Assembly (NCBI GenBank): GCA_027310185.1
Contig: DAIDBH010000006.1
Location: forward strand, 96,001-160,000
Direction of reading: 5' to 3'
Length of the DNA: 64,000 bases
Source: Thermoplasmatales archaeon
GTDB taxonomy: Archaea > Thermoplasmatota > Thermoplasmata > Thermoplasmatales > Thermoplasmataceae
Below, in pieces: positions 29,502-39,107 of the stretch (position 1 is its first letter; every line of letters starts with the position of its first letter). A program made the translations under genes and the position numbers. Below the pieces are notes generated by a model. That model saw only the letters and a list, made by a program, of their open reading frames with translations, did not search any database and was not told the DNA's origin.

Positions 29502-30281
29502 CTATTTTCTGATAGAGTTCTCATCAATCTTTTCGAGAAATATTTCTTCCCCAATTTCATCATAATAATCCATGAAAGTCCTGATTTCCTTTCTCATCAA
29601 ACTATTAAGGTCATATGTGAGTGATTGATAATATTCATTCAGGATCCCTTTTTCCATGTTGTGTTCTTTCGATATCCTATCTAAATCCTTAGTTATTGTC
29701 CATCTTGGTATGTTCTTTAACGCCACGAGATTCTCATCAGTACCTCTGTCAGTCAGGCTAACTGTTACTGCGTAAATTGAATGCATATTAAATATCTTGG
29801 AGATCATATGAGTGATATCGAATATAATCTTGGTATCTGTTCTATATATGTCAAGAGCCCTGTTTCCGATTACCAGTGCAAAATCTTCCTCTTTCAGTAA
29901 GTTTTCGACAGAATTACTCCTGCTCCTTATGAGTACAGAACCAGGAAACAATCTTTCAAGGATAAGCTTCAAAAAGAATGCAGTAGTTTCTGTTTCAGAT
30001 GTTACTGCAACCCTCATCCCGGGGAATGGATCACTTCCATTTGATACTAGCAGATTTGAATCGGATTTTCCCCTTCCGGAAATTGTGGGCCCATCGGCCA
30101 ATGATAATGATTCTCTGTTCTTGAAATAATCAACAAGCGAGATCATAGAATAATCTACTTTCCCGTCGAGCAAATCTCTCAGATTGCTTCTTGTATCACT
30201 GCGGGATACCTCAAAATTCTCTTCTGCAACATGGTCAAGAGGATCGCTGTGTATTAGATTGATCAACCTTAAACTGCTCAA
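29502..30281 (-). CDS. mqnA: Chorismate dehydratase MqnA-like (MqnA/MqnD family)
   Basis: L..GKVD...IS, VAVTSETET, ALVIGNRAL; ATGA-coupled downstream of mqnE. Confidence 0.75.
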   Translation of the reverse strand: MSSLRLINLIHSDPLDHVAEENFEVSRSDTRSNLRDLLDGKVDYSMISLVDYFKNRESLSLADGPTISGRGKSDSNLLVSNGSDPFPGMRVAVTSETETTAFFLKLILERLFPGSVLIRSRSNSVENLLKEEDFALVIGNRALDIYRTDTKIIFDITHMISKIFNMHSIYAVTVSLTDRGTDENLVALKNIPRWTITKDLDRISKEHNMEKGILNEYYQSLTYDLNSLMRKEIRTFMDYYDEIGEEIFLEKIDENSIRK

Positions 30282-31396
30282 AAGTATCCCTTCAGGTTAT
30301 AAAATGTGTCTCTCTTTGCTGGTATTTTACCAATTTCAGATACAAGTCTTCCAAGTTCCTCAACAGTAGTCATTTCATGCCTGTTTGTAGCACCAAATAT
30401 CTTTTCGCTTATGGCTGTTCCAACTAGATCGTTTCCTCCTCCAGTAAGCGCCATCTGACCTATTCCCTTACCCATTGATACCCAGTATACACTGATGTTC
30501 CTCATCCACTTTCCCATTATCATTCTGGCAAGAGCTATTACCTTGAGATCCTTCTCACCGGAGGCAGGTTCCCTTACCTTTCCCATCTTCATTAGAGGGG
30601 TATTCTCCGGGCTGAACTTCAGTGGAATGAAAGATAGAAAGCCGCCTGTGGTTGCCTGCAGATCTCTTAGTCTGACCATGTGATCGATGATATGGCCCCA
30701 ATTTTCAACGCTTCCATATGTCATTGTGGAGTTTCCCTTGATTCCCATTTCGTGTATTATCTTGGCGTCCTCCAGCCATTTTTCTCCACTGATCTTCTCT
30801 TTTGTAGTCATTATTTTCCTGACCTCTGAATCAAATATTTCAGCTCCGCCTCCAGTATGTGCTTCCATTCCAGCATTATGAAACCTTGTTACTGTTTCCC
30901 TGATTGAGTTGCCTGTAGTCCTTGCAATGAAATCTATCTCGGGTATGGTTAGTGCTTTAAGAGTTGCCTCTGGCATGTATTTTTTAACTGTTCTGAATAT
31001 ATCTTCGTAATATTCCAGCGGAAGATAAGGGTTGAAACCTCCAACAATATGGATTTCTGTGGGATTGTACTGCCTAGCCTTTTCAAGTTCCCGTTTAACA
31101 TCTTCTATGGATAGTTCATAACCCTTGTCTGTTTTTCCCTTAATTTTTGCCGGTACATAAAAGGCACATATGGGACAGCTGGCTGCGCAATAATTACTGT
31201 AATTTATGTTATATGAAACTGCAAAAGTAACTGTATTCCCAACCTGATAGTCTGTTAGGTTGTCTGCCATGGACATCATTTCCTGCATATTGAATTGCTC
31301 CAGTAATTCGGCTCCTTCCTGACGACTCAGTTTATGACCAGCTTTCAGGAGGTCAAGCCAATAGTCCTGAGCATAAGAATTTATCATGATAATCAT
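30278..31396 (-). CDS. mqnE: CofH/MqnE-family radical SAM enzyme, probably aminofutalosine synthase
   Basis: INYSNYCAASCPICAF, EIHIVGG, GGGAEIF, GGFLSFIPLKF, YWV, DL.GT...EKI; these are MqnE-type motifs. Confidence 0.85.
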   Translation of the reverse strand: MIIMINSYAQDYWLDLLKAGHKLSRQEGAELLEQFNMQEMMSMADNLTDYQVGNTVTFAVSYNINYSNYCAASCPICAFYVPAKIKGKTDKGYELSIEDVKRELEKARQYNPTEIHIVGGFNPYLPLEYYEDIFRTVKKYMPEATLKALTIPEIDFIARTTGNSIRETVTRFHNAGMEAHTGGGAEIFDSEVRKIMTTKEKISGEKWLEDAKIIHEMGIKGNSTMTYGSVENWGHIIDHMVRLRDLQATTGGFLSFIPLKFSPENTPLMKMGKVREPASGEKDLKVIALARMIMGKWMRNISVYWVSMGKGIGQMALTGGGNDLVGTAISEKIFGATNRHEMTTVEELGRLVSEIGKIPAKRDTFYNLKGYF

Positions 31397-31619
31397 GGAT
31401 TACTTGGTATCAAATAAAATTTTTTTAAAATAAGTTATATCTATTCGAATTTTGTAATTATGGTAGAAGTTATTAGAATGTCATCTTAATAATATACACG
31501 GTTAAGCTTCAGGTCTGTACAATAATGCACCAGTGTTAATTTTACCACGTTTCAGTTACACTAAAAATCTCTATAACAATAATTTTTACTTCGCATAGAT
31601 AATCATAATAATATTTACA

Positions 31620-32762
31620 ATGGTTTATAACCTCTCGTTCAATCTAATATTTATGATATCAATTGAAAGGTCTCAGATGGATTCAATTTCAGAAAGGGCT
31701 ATGAGAGGAGAAATCCTTGAAAGGGATGAGATTGCATATCTTTACGATGAAGTTGACATAAAAACGCTCGGTATTCTGGGTAGAAAAATTACAGATTCAA
31801 TTACAGGAAGACAGGTCTCCTTTGTATCCAACATGATCCTTAATTATACTAACATCTGCAATGTGAGATGTAACTTCTGCGCTTTTTACAGGACAGGTAT
31901 GGAAGAGGATGCGTATACCATGAGTGCAATTGATGTTGCCAAGAGAGTCAAGACATTCAATGACAGTTATGGAATCAAGCAGCTTCTCATACAGGGTGGT
32001 GTAAACCCAGAACTTAGCCTGGAGTATTATACAAATCTATTCAGGACGATAAAGGAAATGGTACCTGATATTGGGATAAACGGTTTATCAACCTCCGAGA
32101 TATCATATATTTCGAAGAAAGAGAAGATGAGCGTGGAAGATGTTCTTGTTGCTCTTCGAGAAAGTGGTTTGGAAACTATCCCAGGAGCTGGAGCAGAAAT
32201 TTTCGCAGATGATGTAAGAAAGATATTGAGAAGGCCCCCACACAGTGGACAGCAGTGGCTCGATGTTATGGAGACTGCTCACAGGTTAGGGATAAAGACA
32301 AGCTCAACCATGATGTTTGGTCATGTTGAAAATAGCTATCATAAAGCAGACCATCTTCTTTCATTGCTGAAGTTACAGTTGAAATACAACGGGTTTCTCT
32401 CCTTCACACCGTGGAATTTTGAACCGGGAAACACTGAGCTTGAAAGGGAAGGACTGGTTACCAGCAGAGTCGGGGGAGAAGAAGTTCTTAGAAATATTGC
32501 CATATCAAGAATAGTATTGAACAGGCATATACCAATTATCCAGTCTTCCTGGCTTACTAACGGGGTTGAAATGGGACAGATTGCCCTCATGTTCGGGGCA
32601 AATGACTGGGGAGGAACCATCTATGATGAAAGGGTTATTCCGGCAACTGGAAAACAGGTCGGTAATCTCAGAAAAGAAACGATTATCCATTCCATAAAGA
32701 ATATTGGCATGATACCTGTTGAAAGGGACAACAACTATAAGATAATAAAAAGCTACGTCTGA
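31620..32762 (+). CDS. mqnC: Cyclic dehypoxanthinyl futalosine synthase (radical SAM)
   Basis: NYTNICNVRCNFCAFYR, LIQGGVNP, PGAGAEI, TMMFGHVE, F.PWNF, IQSSW.T.G, GANDWGG. The true start may be a later ATG. Confidence 0.9.
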   Translation: MVYNLSFNLIFMISIERSQMDSISERAMRGEILERDEIAYLYDEVDIKTLGILGRKITDSITGRQVSFVSNMILNYTNICNVRCNFCAFYRTGMEEDAYTMSAIDVAKRVKTFNDSYGIKQLLIQGGVNPELSLEYYTNLFRTIKEMVPDIGINGLSTSEISYISKKEKMSVEDVLVALRESGLETIPGAGAEIFADDVRKILRRPPHSGQQWLDVMETAHRLGIKTSSTMMFGHVENSYHKADHLLSLLKLQLKYNGFLSFTPWNFEPGNTELEREGLVTSRVGGEEVLRNIAISRIVLNRHIPIIQSSWLTNGVEMGQIALMFGANDWGGTIYDERVIPATGKQVGNLRKETIIHSIKNIGMIPVERDNNYKIIKSYV

Positions 32763-32768
32763 GTAAAC

Positions 32769-33950
32769 ATGGGTTATACAATTAAGGTAAATCCCGAGGA
32801 CTTCAGGGTTGAGGAGATACCTGCTGACTTTAGCAGGGTTGAAAAGGGAAAATATACCATATTGAAGATAGTTCTGACAAACTGGGAGACTAATCATTTC
32901 GTTACCCATCTCGCAAGATATCTCGGAATGAGCAGGAAGCGCATAACATATGCTGGAACAAAGGACAAAAGAGCCATAACTACTCAGTATTTCTGCATTA
33001 ATGGCTCTGTTACAGCGGATCAAATAAGAATAAAGGATTGTGAGATAAAAGAATCATTCTATGTGGATAAACCACTGAATCTTGGTGATCTGAAGGGCAA
33101 CAAGTTCAGGATTCAGGTATCCGAACCTGAAAAGAGAGTTAGAAATGCAGTGGAAAAGATCAGAGAAATTTCAAGGGATAAGGGTTTCTGGAATTTTTTT
33201 GGTGTTCAAAGATTTGGGACCATAAGATATAATACACACAAAGTAGGAAAGGAAATAGTGAAAAATGGTATTGAAAATGCGGTCAAGGAATATCTTTTTG
33301 ATCCAGATATAGATCATGAAGAATTCCGCTTAGAGCTTGGTAAAAAATGGGATTATGCAATGGGATTGAAGACTTATCCAGAGCATCTGCAGTTTGAAAG
33401 GGCACTCATGTCAGAACTTGTTGCCGGGAAGACCTACGAGCAGAGTTTTGATTCCCTTCCCAAGAGCTTGAGAATAATGTTTATACATGCTTATCAATCC
33501 GATCTGTTCAACAGGATACTCAAGTATAGAAGAGAATTAACCAATAATCCATTCGAGATATTTCAGGGAGATTTTATCAGTCCTGTTGATGAGCTTTTCA
33601 ACATAGACGATGACAAGATCTTATCGGTAAACGAATTTAACCTTGAACGAATGCAGGAGTTATCCAGAAATGGTAAGATTGTTCCACTTGCCCCACTCAT
33701 AGGTATGGAAACAAGGGAACAGGATGGAATTCCTGGAACAATTCTGAAAAGAGTCATGAACGAGGAAAATCTGGAATTCTCTGATTTTAGAATAGAAGAA
33801 AAAAATGAACTCTCTTCGAGGGGTAACTATCGAGGTATTGGCTTTAGACCTATCGATTTCAGCAGTGATGGAACAAACATCCTGGAATTTTCACTGGGAA
33901 GAGGGATTTATGCTACTTCCCTCCTTGACCAGGTCTTTGAATCAGATTAG
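32769..33950 (+). CDS. truD: tRNA pseudouridine(13) synthase TruD
   Basis: PEDFRVEE, YAGTKDKRAITTQ, GDLKGNKF, NFFGVQRFG, HAYQS.LFN, FSL.RG.YAT. Confidence 0.96.
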   Translation: MGYTIKVNPEDFRVEEIPADFSRVEKGKYTILKIVLTNWETNHFVTHLARYLGMSRKRITYAGTKDKRAITTQYFCINGSVTADQIRIKDCEIKESFYVDKPLNLGDLKGNKFRIQVSEPEKRVRNAVEKIREISRDKGFWNFFGVQRFGTIRYNTHKVGKEIVKNGIENAVKEYLFDPDIDHEEFRLELGKKWDYAMGLKTYPEHLQFERALMSELVAGKTYEQSFDSLPKSLRIMFIHAYQSDLFNRILKYRRELTNNPFEIFQGDFISPVDELFNIDDDKILSVNEFNLERMQELSRNGKIVPLAPLIGMETREQDGIPGTILKRVMNEENLEFSDFRIEEKNELSSRGNYRGIGFRPIDFSSDGTNILEFSLGRGIYATSLLDQVFESD

Positions 33951-34496
33951 ACCTACTTTCTGCAATTCCTTCTTGACTTTTATTACTGCCTGTTCAATCT
34001 CACTTTCTTCCTTTGCTCCAGTGCATACTACCTTTCCGGAACCAAACAGAAGCAAGACGACCTTGGGTTCTTCAACTCTGTACACCAGGCCTGGAAATTG
34101 CTCTGGCTCATATTCTACATTTTCAAGACCAAGTGACATAGCTATCTGCGTAAGGTTAAGGTCTGCTTCAAGATCATATACTGCAACAATATTCTGGACG
34201 ACTATCTCTGGAGAATCATAAACTTCTATCCCGGCTTTTTTAAGAGTGGAAATAATTGTTTGAATTGTCAATCTTACATTAGTAAGGTTTTTTGCTCCTG
34301 TACAATTTACCTTTCCACTCCTGAAAATCAAGACAGCAGTCTTGGGTTCTTTCAGCCTGTATATCAATCCTGGAAATTGCTCTGGCTCATATTCAGAACC
34401 TTCCAGCGCCAACGCAATTTTGCTCAGATCAAGATGCTCAGCCAGTGATGTTGATGCTACAATGTTCTCGATGTTGATTTTTTCTCTTTCACTCAT
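33942..34496 (-). CDS. tbp: TATA-box-binding protein
   Basis: Two repeats NIVA...YEPEQFPGL.YR..EPK...L.F.SGKV.CTGAK. Start placed at MSEREK (34496); the longer track ORF runs through promoter DNA. Confidence 0.98.
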   Translation of the reverse strand: MSEREKINIENIVASTSLAEHLDLSKIALALEGSEYEPEQFPGLIYRLKEPKTAVLIFRSGKVNCTGAKNLTNVRLTIQTIISTLKKAGIEVYDSPEIVVQNIVAVYDLEADLNLTQIAMSLGLENVEYEPEQFPGLVYRVEEPKVVLLLFGSGKVVCTGAKEESEIEQAVIKVKKELQKVGLI

Positions 34497-34661
34497 AAAA
34501 ACCAAATCTCTTATATTTAAACTATATATAAAGATAACATTTTTTATACTATGACGTTTGATGATGGTGTATCGGTCATGATTCATTATAGAGTGCGGCA
34601 AAAGTTCAATTAATTTTTAACGGTAATTCTATATTTGCGTATGTTATGGTATTTATTATAT

Positions 34662-34937
34662 ATGAGCGAAAGGAATCAAACTGAAAAAACAGTACGTATC
34701 GATCTAGCTATTTTAAATGACACCAAGGGAGTGCTTAAGTTAACTGATGTAGACCTCCTGTACACTCCAAGGAAGGGAGACCAGATTAGGGTACCCATAG
34801 GAAATATAGATCATCTATCTTACAAAAAAACTGCCATGACAACATCAACCCTGTATGTAAATGACTTGATAATTACTGTATGCAGAGCTCACCTATGGGC
34901 AGCCGACATAAGAAAACTTAAGGGCGAACCTGGATGA
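34662..34937 (+). CDS. Hypothetical protein, PH-domain-like pattern
   Basis: G.L.LT...LLY.P....IRVPI.NI..L...C-terminal W...I helix. ATG 34662 follows a TATA-like stretch. Confidence 0.65.
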   Translation: MSERNQTEKTVRIDLAILNDTKGVLKLTDVDLLYTPRKGDQIRVPIGNIDHLSYKKTAMTTSTLYVNDLIITVCRAHLWAADIRKLKGEPG

Positions 34938-34948
34938 TTTTTTAAACC

Positions 34949-35245
34949 CTACATATTGAGGGCATCTCTCGCAACCTCAGACATCATTGATGGGTTCCAT
35001 GGTGGTTCCCATACAAGTTCTACATCCGCCATTTCCACTCCTGCCATATTTTCAACAATTTTTTGAACTTCTGATAGTATCCATGGGGTCACAGGGCAGG
35101 TTGGTGCAGTCATGGTCATTTTTATGTAAACATTATCATTGTTTATCTGGACATCGTATACAAGACCCAGATTCACCACATCCATTCCTATTTCAGGATC
35201 CTCTACAGCCTGAAGAGCTTCCAATATTTCTTCTTTAGTAACCAT
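34949..35245 (-). CDS. Metal-sulfur cluster assembly factor (SufT/MIP18/DUF59)
   Basis: V.DPE..MDVVNLGLVY, TMTAPTCP, VWEPPW...MS. Confidence 0.95.
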   Translation of the reverse strand: MVTKEEILEALQAVEDPEIGMDVVNLGLVYDVQINNDNVYIKMTMTAPTCPVTPWILSEVQKIVENMAGVEMADVELVWEPPWNPSMMSEVARDALNM

Positions 35246-35291
35246 GTTATCATTTAAACATTAAATTCACATTAATATGTCTATTGTTTTT

Positions 35292-36239
35292 TTATATTGA
35301 TTGTATCCGGTCAAAAACACCATATTCCCATGGTCTTGTCTTACCTTCCAGGCTGCTTCTAATTGATTCCGTGATCATTTTTCTGAAATATCCTGGACTT
35401 TCTAAACTGAATATACTTATCTTTTCACTACCCCTTACAAATGCTGAATAGAATGACTCTGGCATTTCAAGTGAACTACTCATTCCTTCACCAACAGTGC
35501 CATATCTGTCAAGGATAAAACTTCGTACACAAACCATATTTCTAGTATCACGCCTGTAAGGAAGTACAGCCTCAGCAATTACAATCAGGTAATCATAATC
35601 CCCAATACTTCCAATATTAGTTTTTTTAAAATCTAAAAAGTCAGGAAAAATTTCTGTATTCCTAACCTCTACGTTACTTGCGATTGGTGAACTTTTAAAG
35701 ATTCTCTTTAAAACTGAATCATTAATCGCCTTCTGGAGTTTCTGTGTTATTATTATTGATACTCTCAGAGGTTTCAGTCTCCTGCCATCCTCGTCTATTT
35801 CTCCCCCATCAATTCTTGACGAACTTAAAACGAAAAAGTCATCAGCTATTTTTGTCTTCACAGTGTGGATTTGCATTGGTCTTAAACCATTATTCAACCT
35901 TTTACTGTTCAGAATCCTCGCGCTTCCTTCTGTTTCTTTCGAAACTACAATGTCAGTGTATTCCGTATTCTTATCTGCATCGCCAGAATTGTTTTCAATT
36001 GGCTTAATGATAAAACCGGCATTCTTTTCTCTAAGGAACTTAGCCACTGATTCACTTCTGGATTCAAATCCCTTAACCTGGTAATTCTTGGTTTTTTTCA
36101 CATAGTTATCTGATGTAATTCCTACAATGATAAAATTTCTTGTAGAAATAGCTCTCATTAATAGTGACCTGTGTCCTTTATGCAGGTGGCCGAAAGTGCC
36201 AGCTACGATGGTGATTCCCTTTTTCTCAGGCTGATTCAT
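35292..36239 (-). CDS. coaD: Phosphopantetheine adenylyltransferase with C-terminal YjjX-like (degenerate) domain
   Basis: AGTFGHLHKGH, GITSD, IVVSKET, LSSSRI..GEID.DG; about 160 extra C-terminal residues, as in the Thermoplasmatales fusion. Confidence 0.88.
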   Translation of the reverse strand: MNQPEKKGITIVAGTFGHLHKGHRSLLMRAISTRNFIIVGITSDNYVKKTKNYQVKGFESRSESVAKFLREKNAGFIIKPIENNSGDADKNTEYTDIVVSKETEGSARILNSKRLNNGLRPMQIHTVKTKIADDFFVLSSSRIDGGEIDEDGRRLKPLRVSIIITQKLQKAINDSVLKRIFKSSPIASNVEVRNTEIFPDFLDFKKTNIGSIGDYDYLIVIAEAVLPYRRDTRNMVCVRSFILDRYGTVGEGMSSSLEMPESFYSAFVRGSEKISIFSLESPGYFRKMITESIRSSLEGKTRPWEYGVFDRIQSI

Positions 36240-37422
36240 TTATGGTCTTCCTTATCCTCTTTATACCTTCTACCAGCTGATCTTCTGAGCCAAATGTAAA
36301 GTTCAGTCTCATTGAGGATTTCTGAGTTCCGTTTGTGGTAAATGCCTGTCCACTGACATATGCCACGCCATTCTTTATGGCTAGAGGGATCATCTGTTTC
36401 GTGTCTATATTCTTGTTTACTGTTACCCATACAAACATACCGCCATTTGGCTCTGAGAATGTTGAGATATCAGACATATATGTCTTAAGAGCATTTACAA
36501 TTGCGTCTCTTTTGCGTCTGTATATCTGCCGGTTCAGTTCTACCTGCTTGTAGATTATTCCCCTCTTTATGTATTCATAAGCAACATATTGAGAGAACGA
36601 ATTTGTTGCAAGATCGAGTGCCTGCTTGATCAGGTTAAACTTTTCCATTACTGCTTCTTGCGCGATTGTGTAGCCCAGTCTCAGTCCTGGTGTCATTACC
36701 TTTGAAAATGTCCCAAGATATATTACATCTTCACCTCCTGCCATTGACCTGATGCATGGCACTGGTTCCCCATAATACCTCAGCTGTCCATAGGGATTAT
36801 CCTCAACGAGCGGTATCTCATATTTTTTTGATATTTCAATTAGGATTTTCCTCCTCTCTATGGGCATGGTGTATCCAGTTGGATTCTGAAATGTAGGTAT
36901 GACGTAGATGAACCTCGGTTTTCTATTTTCTGCGATCAGTTTCTTTATCCTCTCTTCCAGCAGTTCGACCTTCATTCCATTTTGATCGACAGGTATGCCT
37001 TCCATTTTTAGCCCATTCGCTGAAAAAGCGGATACGGCACCCACATAAGTCGGTTCCTCTGTTATTACAGTATCCCCTGGATTTGCCAGAACTGTTCCAA
37101 GTTCATATAAACCCTGTTGTGAACCGGAGTTAACAATTATATTCTCCATATTACATTTTATATTTTCCGTCTTTTCCAGCATCTTGGAAATTTGTTCCCT
37201 AACTGGATTTATCCCCAGCGTATTTCCATATTGCAGAGCCAGATCAGAATTATTTTTCATTATTGACTCCATTATTTCTGTCAACTCTTTGATAGGAAAT
37301 GTTTCTGGGCTTGGCATTCCTCCTCCAAGGGATATTATCCCTGGTGATGAGGCCATTTTGTTTAACTCCCTGATTTCAGAGGGCTTCATTTTGTTTACAA
37401 CATCTGAAAAGTTATATTTCAT
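36226..37422 (-). CDS. PLP-dependent aminotransferase class I (LysN/Aro8-like)
   Basis: SLGGGMP, ALQYG, GSQQGL, PTFQNPTG, EDNPY, TFSK..PGLRLG, GGMF.W, RLNF. Confidence 0.94.
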   Translation of the reverse strand: MKYNFSDVVNKMKPSEIRELNKMASSPGIISLGGGMPSPETFPIKELTEIMESIMKNNSDLALQYGNTLGINPVREQISKMLEKTENIKCNMENIIVNSGSQQGLYELGTVLANPGDTVITEEPTYVGAVSAFSANGLKMEGIPVDQNGMKVELLEERIKKLIAENRKPRFIYVIPTFQNPTGYTMPIERRKILIEISKKYEIPLVEDNPYGQLRYYGEPVPCIRSMAGGEDVIYLGTFSKVMTPGLRLGYTIAQEAVMEKFNLIKQALDLATNSFSQYVAYEYIKRGIIYKQVELNRQIYRRKRDAIVNALKTYMSDISTFSEPNGGMFVWVTVNKNIDTKQMIPLAIKNGVAYVSGQAFTTNGTQKSSMRLNFTFGSEDQLVEGIKRIRKTINESA

Positions 37423-37675
37423 AAACAGATATTATAAATTAGTTTATAGATTTGTCTTACGTAGATATAACTCGTGCTGAGATATTTGCCTTTTATTGTG
37501 ATAAGAATAGAATGAATTAATATTTGCAGTTTCACGTGGACAGTGCTCTAAATCGGCTAAAATAATATTGGAAGACAAAATTCGAGAATTCTAGAAGAGC
37601 GATAAAATCCTGTAAAAGTTAAGAAAAACTGTGCTATTACAAAAAATATTATAACAAAGGAGAAAATGTTGACCG

Positions 37676-38185
37676 ATGATTTCAGGTAGGCTGATGTGGA
37701 AAGTCAGCTTGGTGGGAGATACAGAATCCGGTAAAAGCTCCTTAATATCAAGAATAGTATTTGATAGCGAAGCAGGTAGTTTTATTAATAAGGGACTCCT
37801 GAGAAAGAAAGTTTCATTTGACGATGATGGAAAAACTTACCACGCAGAGCTTATATTCCAAGAGATAGATGGTTTTCCAGAAAATGAGAAACTGCTTGCA
37901 GGATCTTCCGCTATTGTTATTGTTGTTGATGTAACAAAGAAGTTAAATGAGGGGGAAATTACGAAATTCATAAAAAATACACAGAAAAAAGGCCTTCTTA
38001 TTCTGGCGGCAAACAAGGTTGACAGAAAATATGAAGCGGTGACATGGAAAGAAGACCTTGAACCAATGGCTAAGAAATTTGGACTGAATCTGTACATGGT
38101 TTCTGCCAGGCAGCCTGAATCCGTTAATAATATGGTAAATGGGATATCACGTCTCCTGATTGGAAGAATAAATGGAAAACAATAG
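37676..38185 (+). CDS. Small Ras/Rab-like GTPase
   Basis: G1 GDTESGKS, G3-like EIDG, G4 NKVD, G5 SAR; 169-aa single domain. Confidence 0.85.
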   Translation: MISGRLMWKVSLVGDTESGKSSLISRIVFDSEAGSFINKGLLRKKVSFDDDGKTYHAELIFQEIDGFPENEKLLAGSSAIVIVVDVTKKLNEGEITKFIKNTQKKGLLILAANKVDRKYEAVTWKEDLEPMAKKFGLNLYMVSARQPESVNNMVNGISRLLIGRINGKQ

Positions 38186-39107
38186 AGAAGAGAGTTACGC
38201 TATATGCAATTCGATCTTATTTACAATAGAGAATGGGAAAAGTGCCCAGTATATTCATAGCAAATACAATATGGGGGTACTATCAGGTAGAAACATCATA
38301 TTAAAACCCTTTGAACTGCTGTTCCTATATTATAGAAATAGACTGAAGCCAGTTAATCCCTTTTATAATGATTCAATGACGCTTGTGAACACTCTGTTTG
38401 AAGAGAATGACCTGTACATGTGGAGGGTGTATCTTGACCTGAAGAATGAGGGCTCCAAGATAGCCATAGAGAATGAATACCTTACCATATCGAAGAAGAA
38501 TGAAAAACTGAGTGTGAAAAGGATTATTTACCCAATAAGGGAAAAAAGCAGGGTAGATGAGAGTTGGTTAATTTCCATATCAGGTCAGAATATTGCATCA
38601 GTTGATGATGATGGAGATATCACTTATTACACAATTGATATGGTAAATCTGGAAGGTAATAACAGGCCTGAACTTCCGTCAGTCACTCCAACGAAGATCG
38701 GTAATAGGGGTATTTATACCAAAGACATGAAGCCTGATTGGATGGGGGACCATCTCGAGGATATTGTAATATTGTCAGAGGGCGAGATGAACTACATCAA
38801 CGGACTGGAAAACAGCGATCCTGTATCAAGAGTATACAGGGAGCTTATATCGAGTGGACTGATTGTAAAAACGGGATTCAAGTATGGCTGCAACTTCAGG
38901 GCATACAGGGGTTCCATGGATGATCATTCTGATTTTCTGATTCACGTACTTGAAGGAGAAGTTGAATGGTATGAAATAAGCAGAGCCGTCAGATTAGCTG
39001 CTTCGGTAAGGAAAGAAATGATTTTTGCTACAATTCTGGATGAAAAGTCTTATTTTATAAGGATAAAAAGAATAAAAAATATACAGGAAATGAATTTAAG
39101 AAATTAA
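38172..39107 (+). CDS. endA: tRNA-intron endonuclease (euryarchaeal two-domain alpha2 type)
   Basis: Structural N-repeat (VDDDGDITYY) and catalytic C-repeat KTGFKYG..FRAY...H...RLAASVRK. Confidence 0.92.
   Translation: MENNREESYAICNSILFTIENGKSAQYIHSKYNMGVLSGRNIILKPFELLFLYYRNRLKPVNPFYNDSMTLVNTLFEENDLYMWRVYLDLKNEGSKIAIENEYLTISKKNEKLSVKRIIYPIREKSRVDESWLISISGQNIASVDDDGDITYYTIDMVNLEGNNRPELPSVTPTKIGNRGIYTKDMKPDWMGDHLEDIVILSEGEMNYINGLENSDPVSRVYRELISSGLIVKTGFKYGCNFRAYRGSMDDHSDFLIHVLEGEVEWYEISRAVRLAASVRKEMIFATILDEKSYFIRIKRIKNIQEMNLRN

Noticed and set aside
34497-34601. N-terminal extension of TBP in the ORF track
   Set aside because: Covers AT-rich promoter DNA with TATA-like elements; homology begins at MSEREK.
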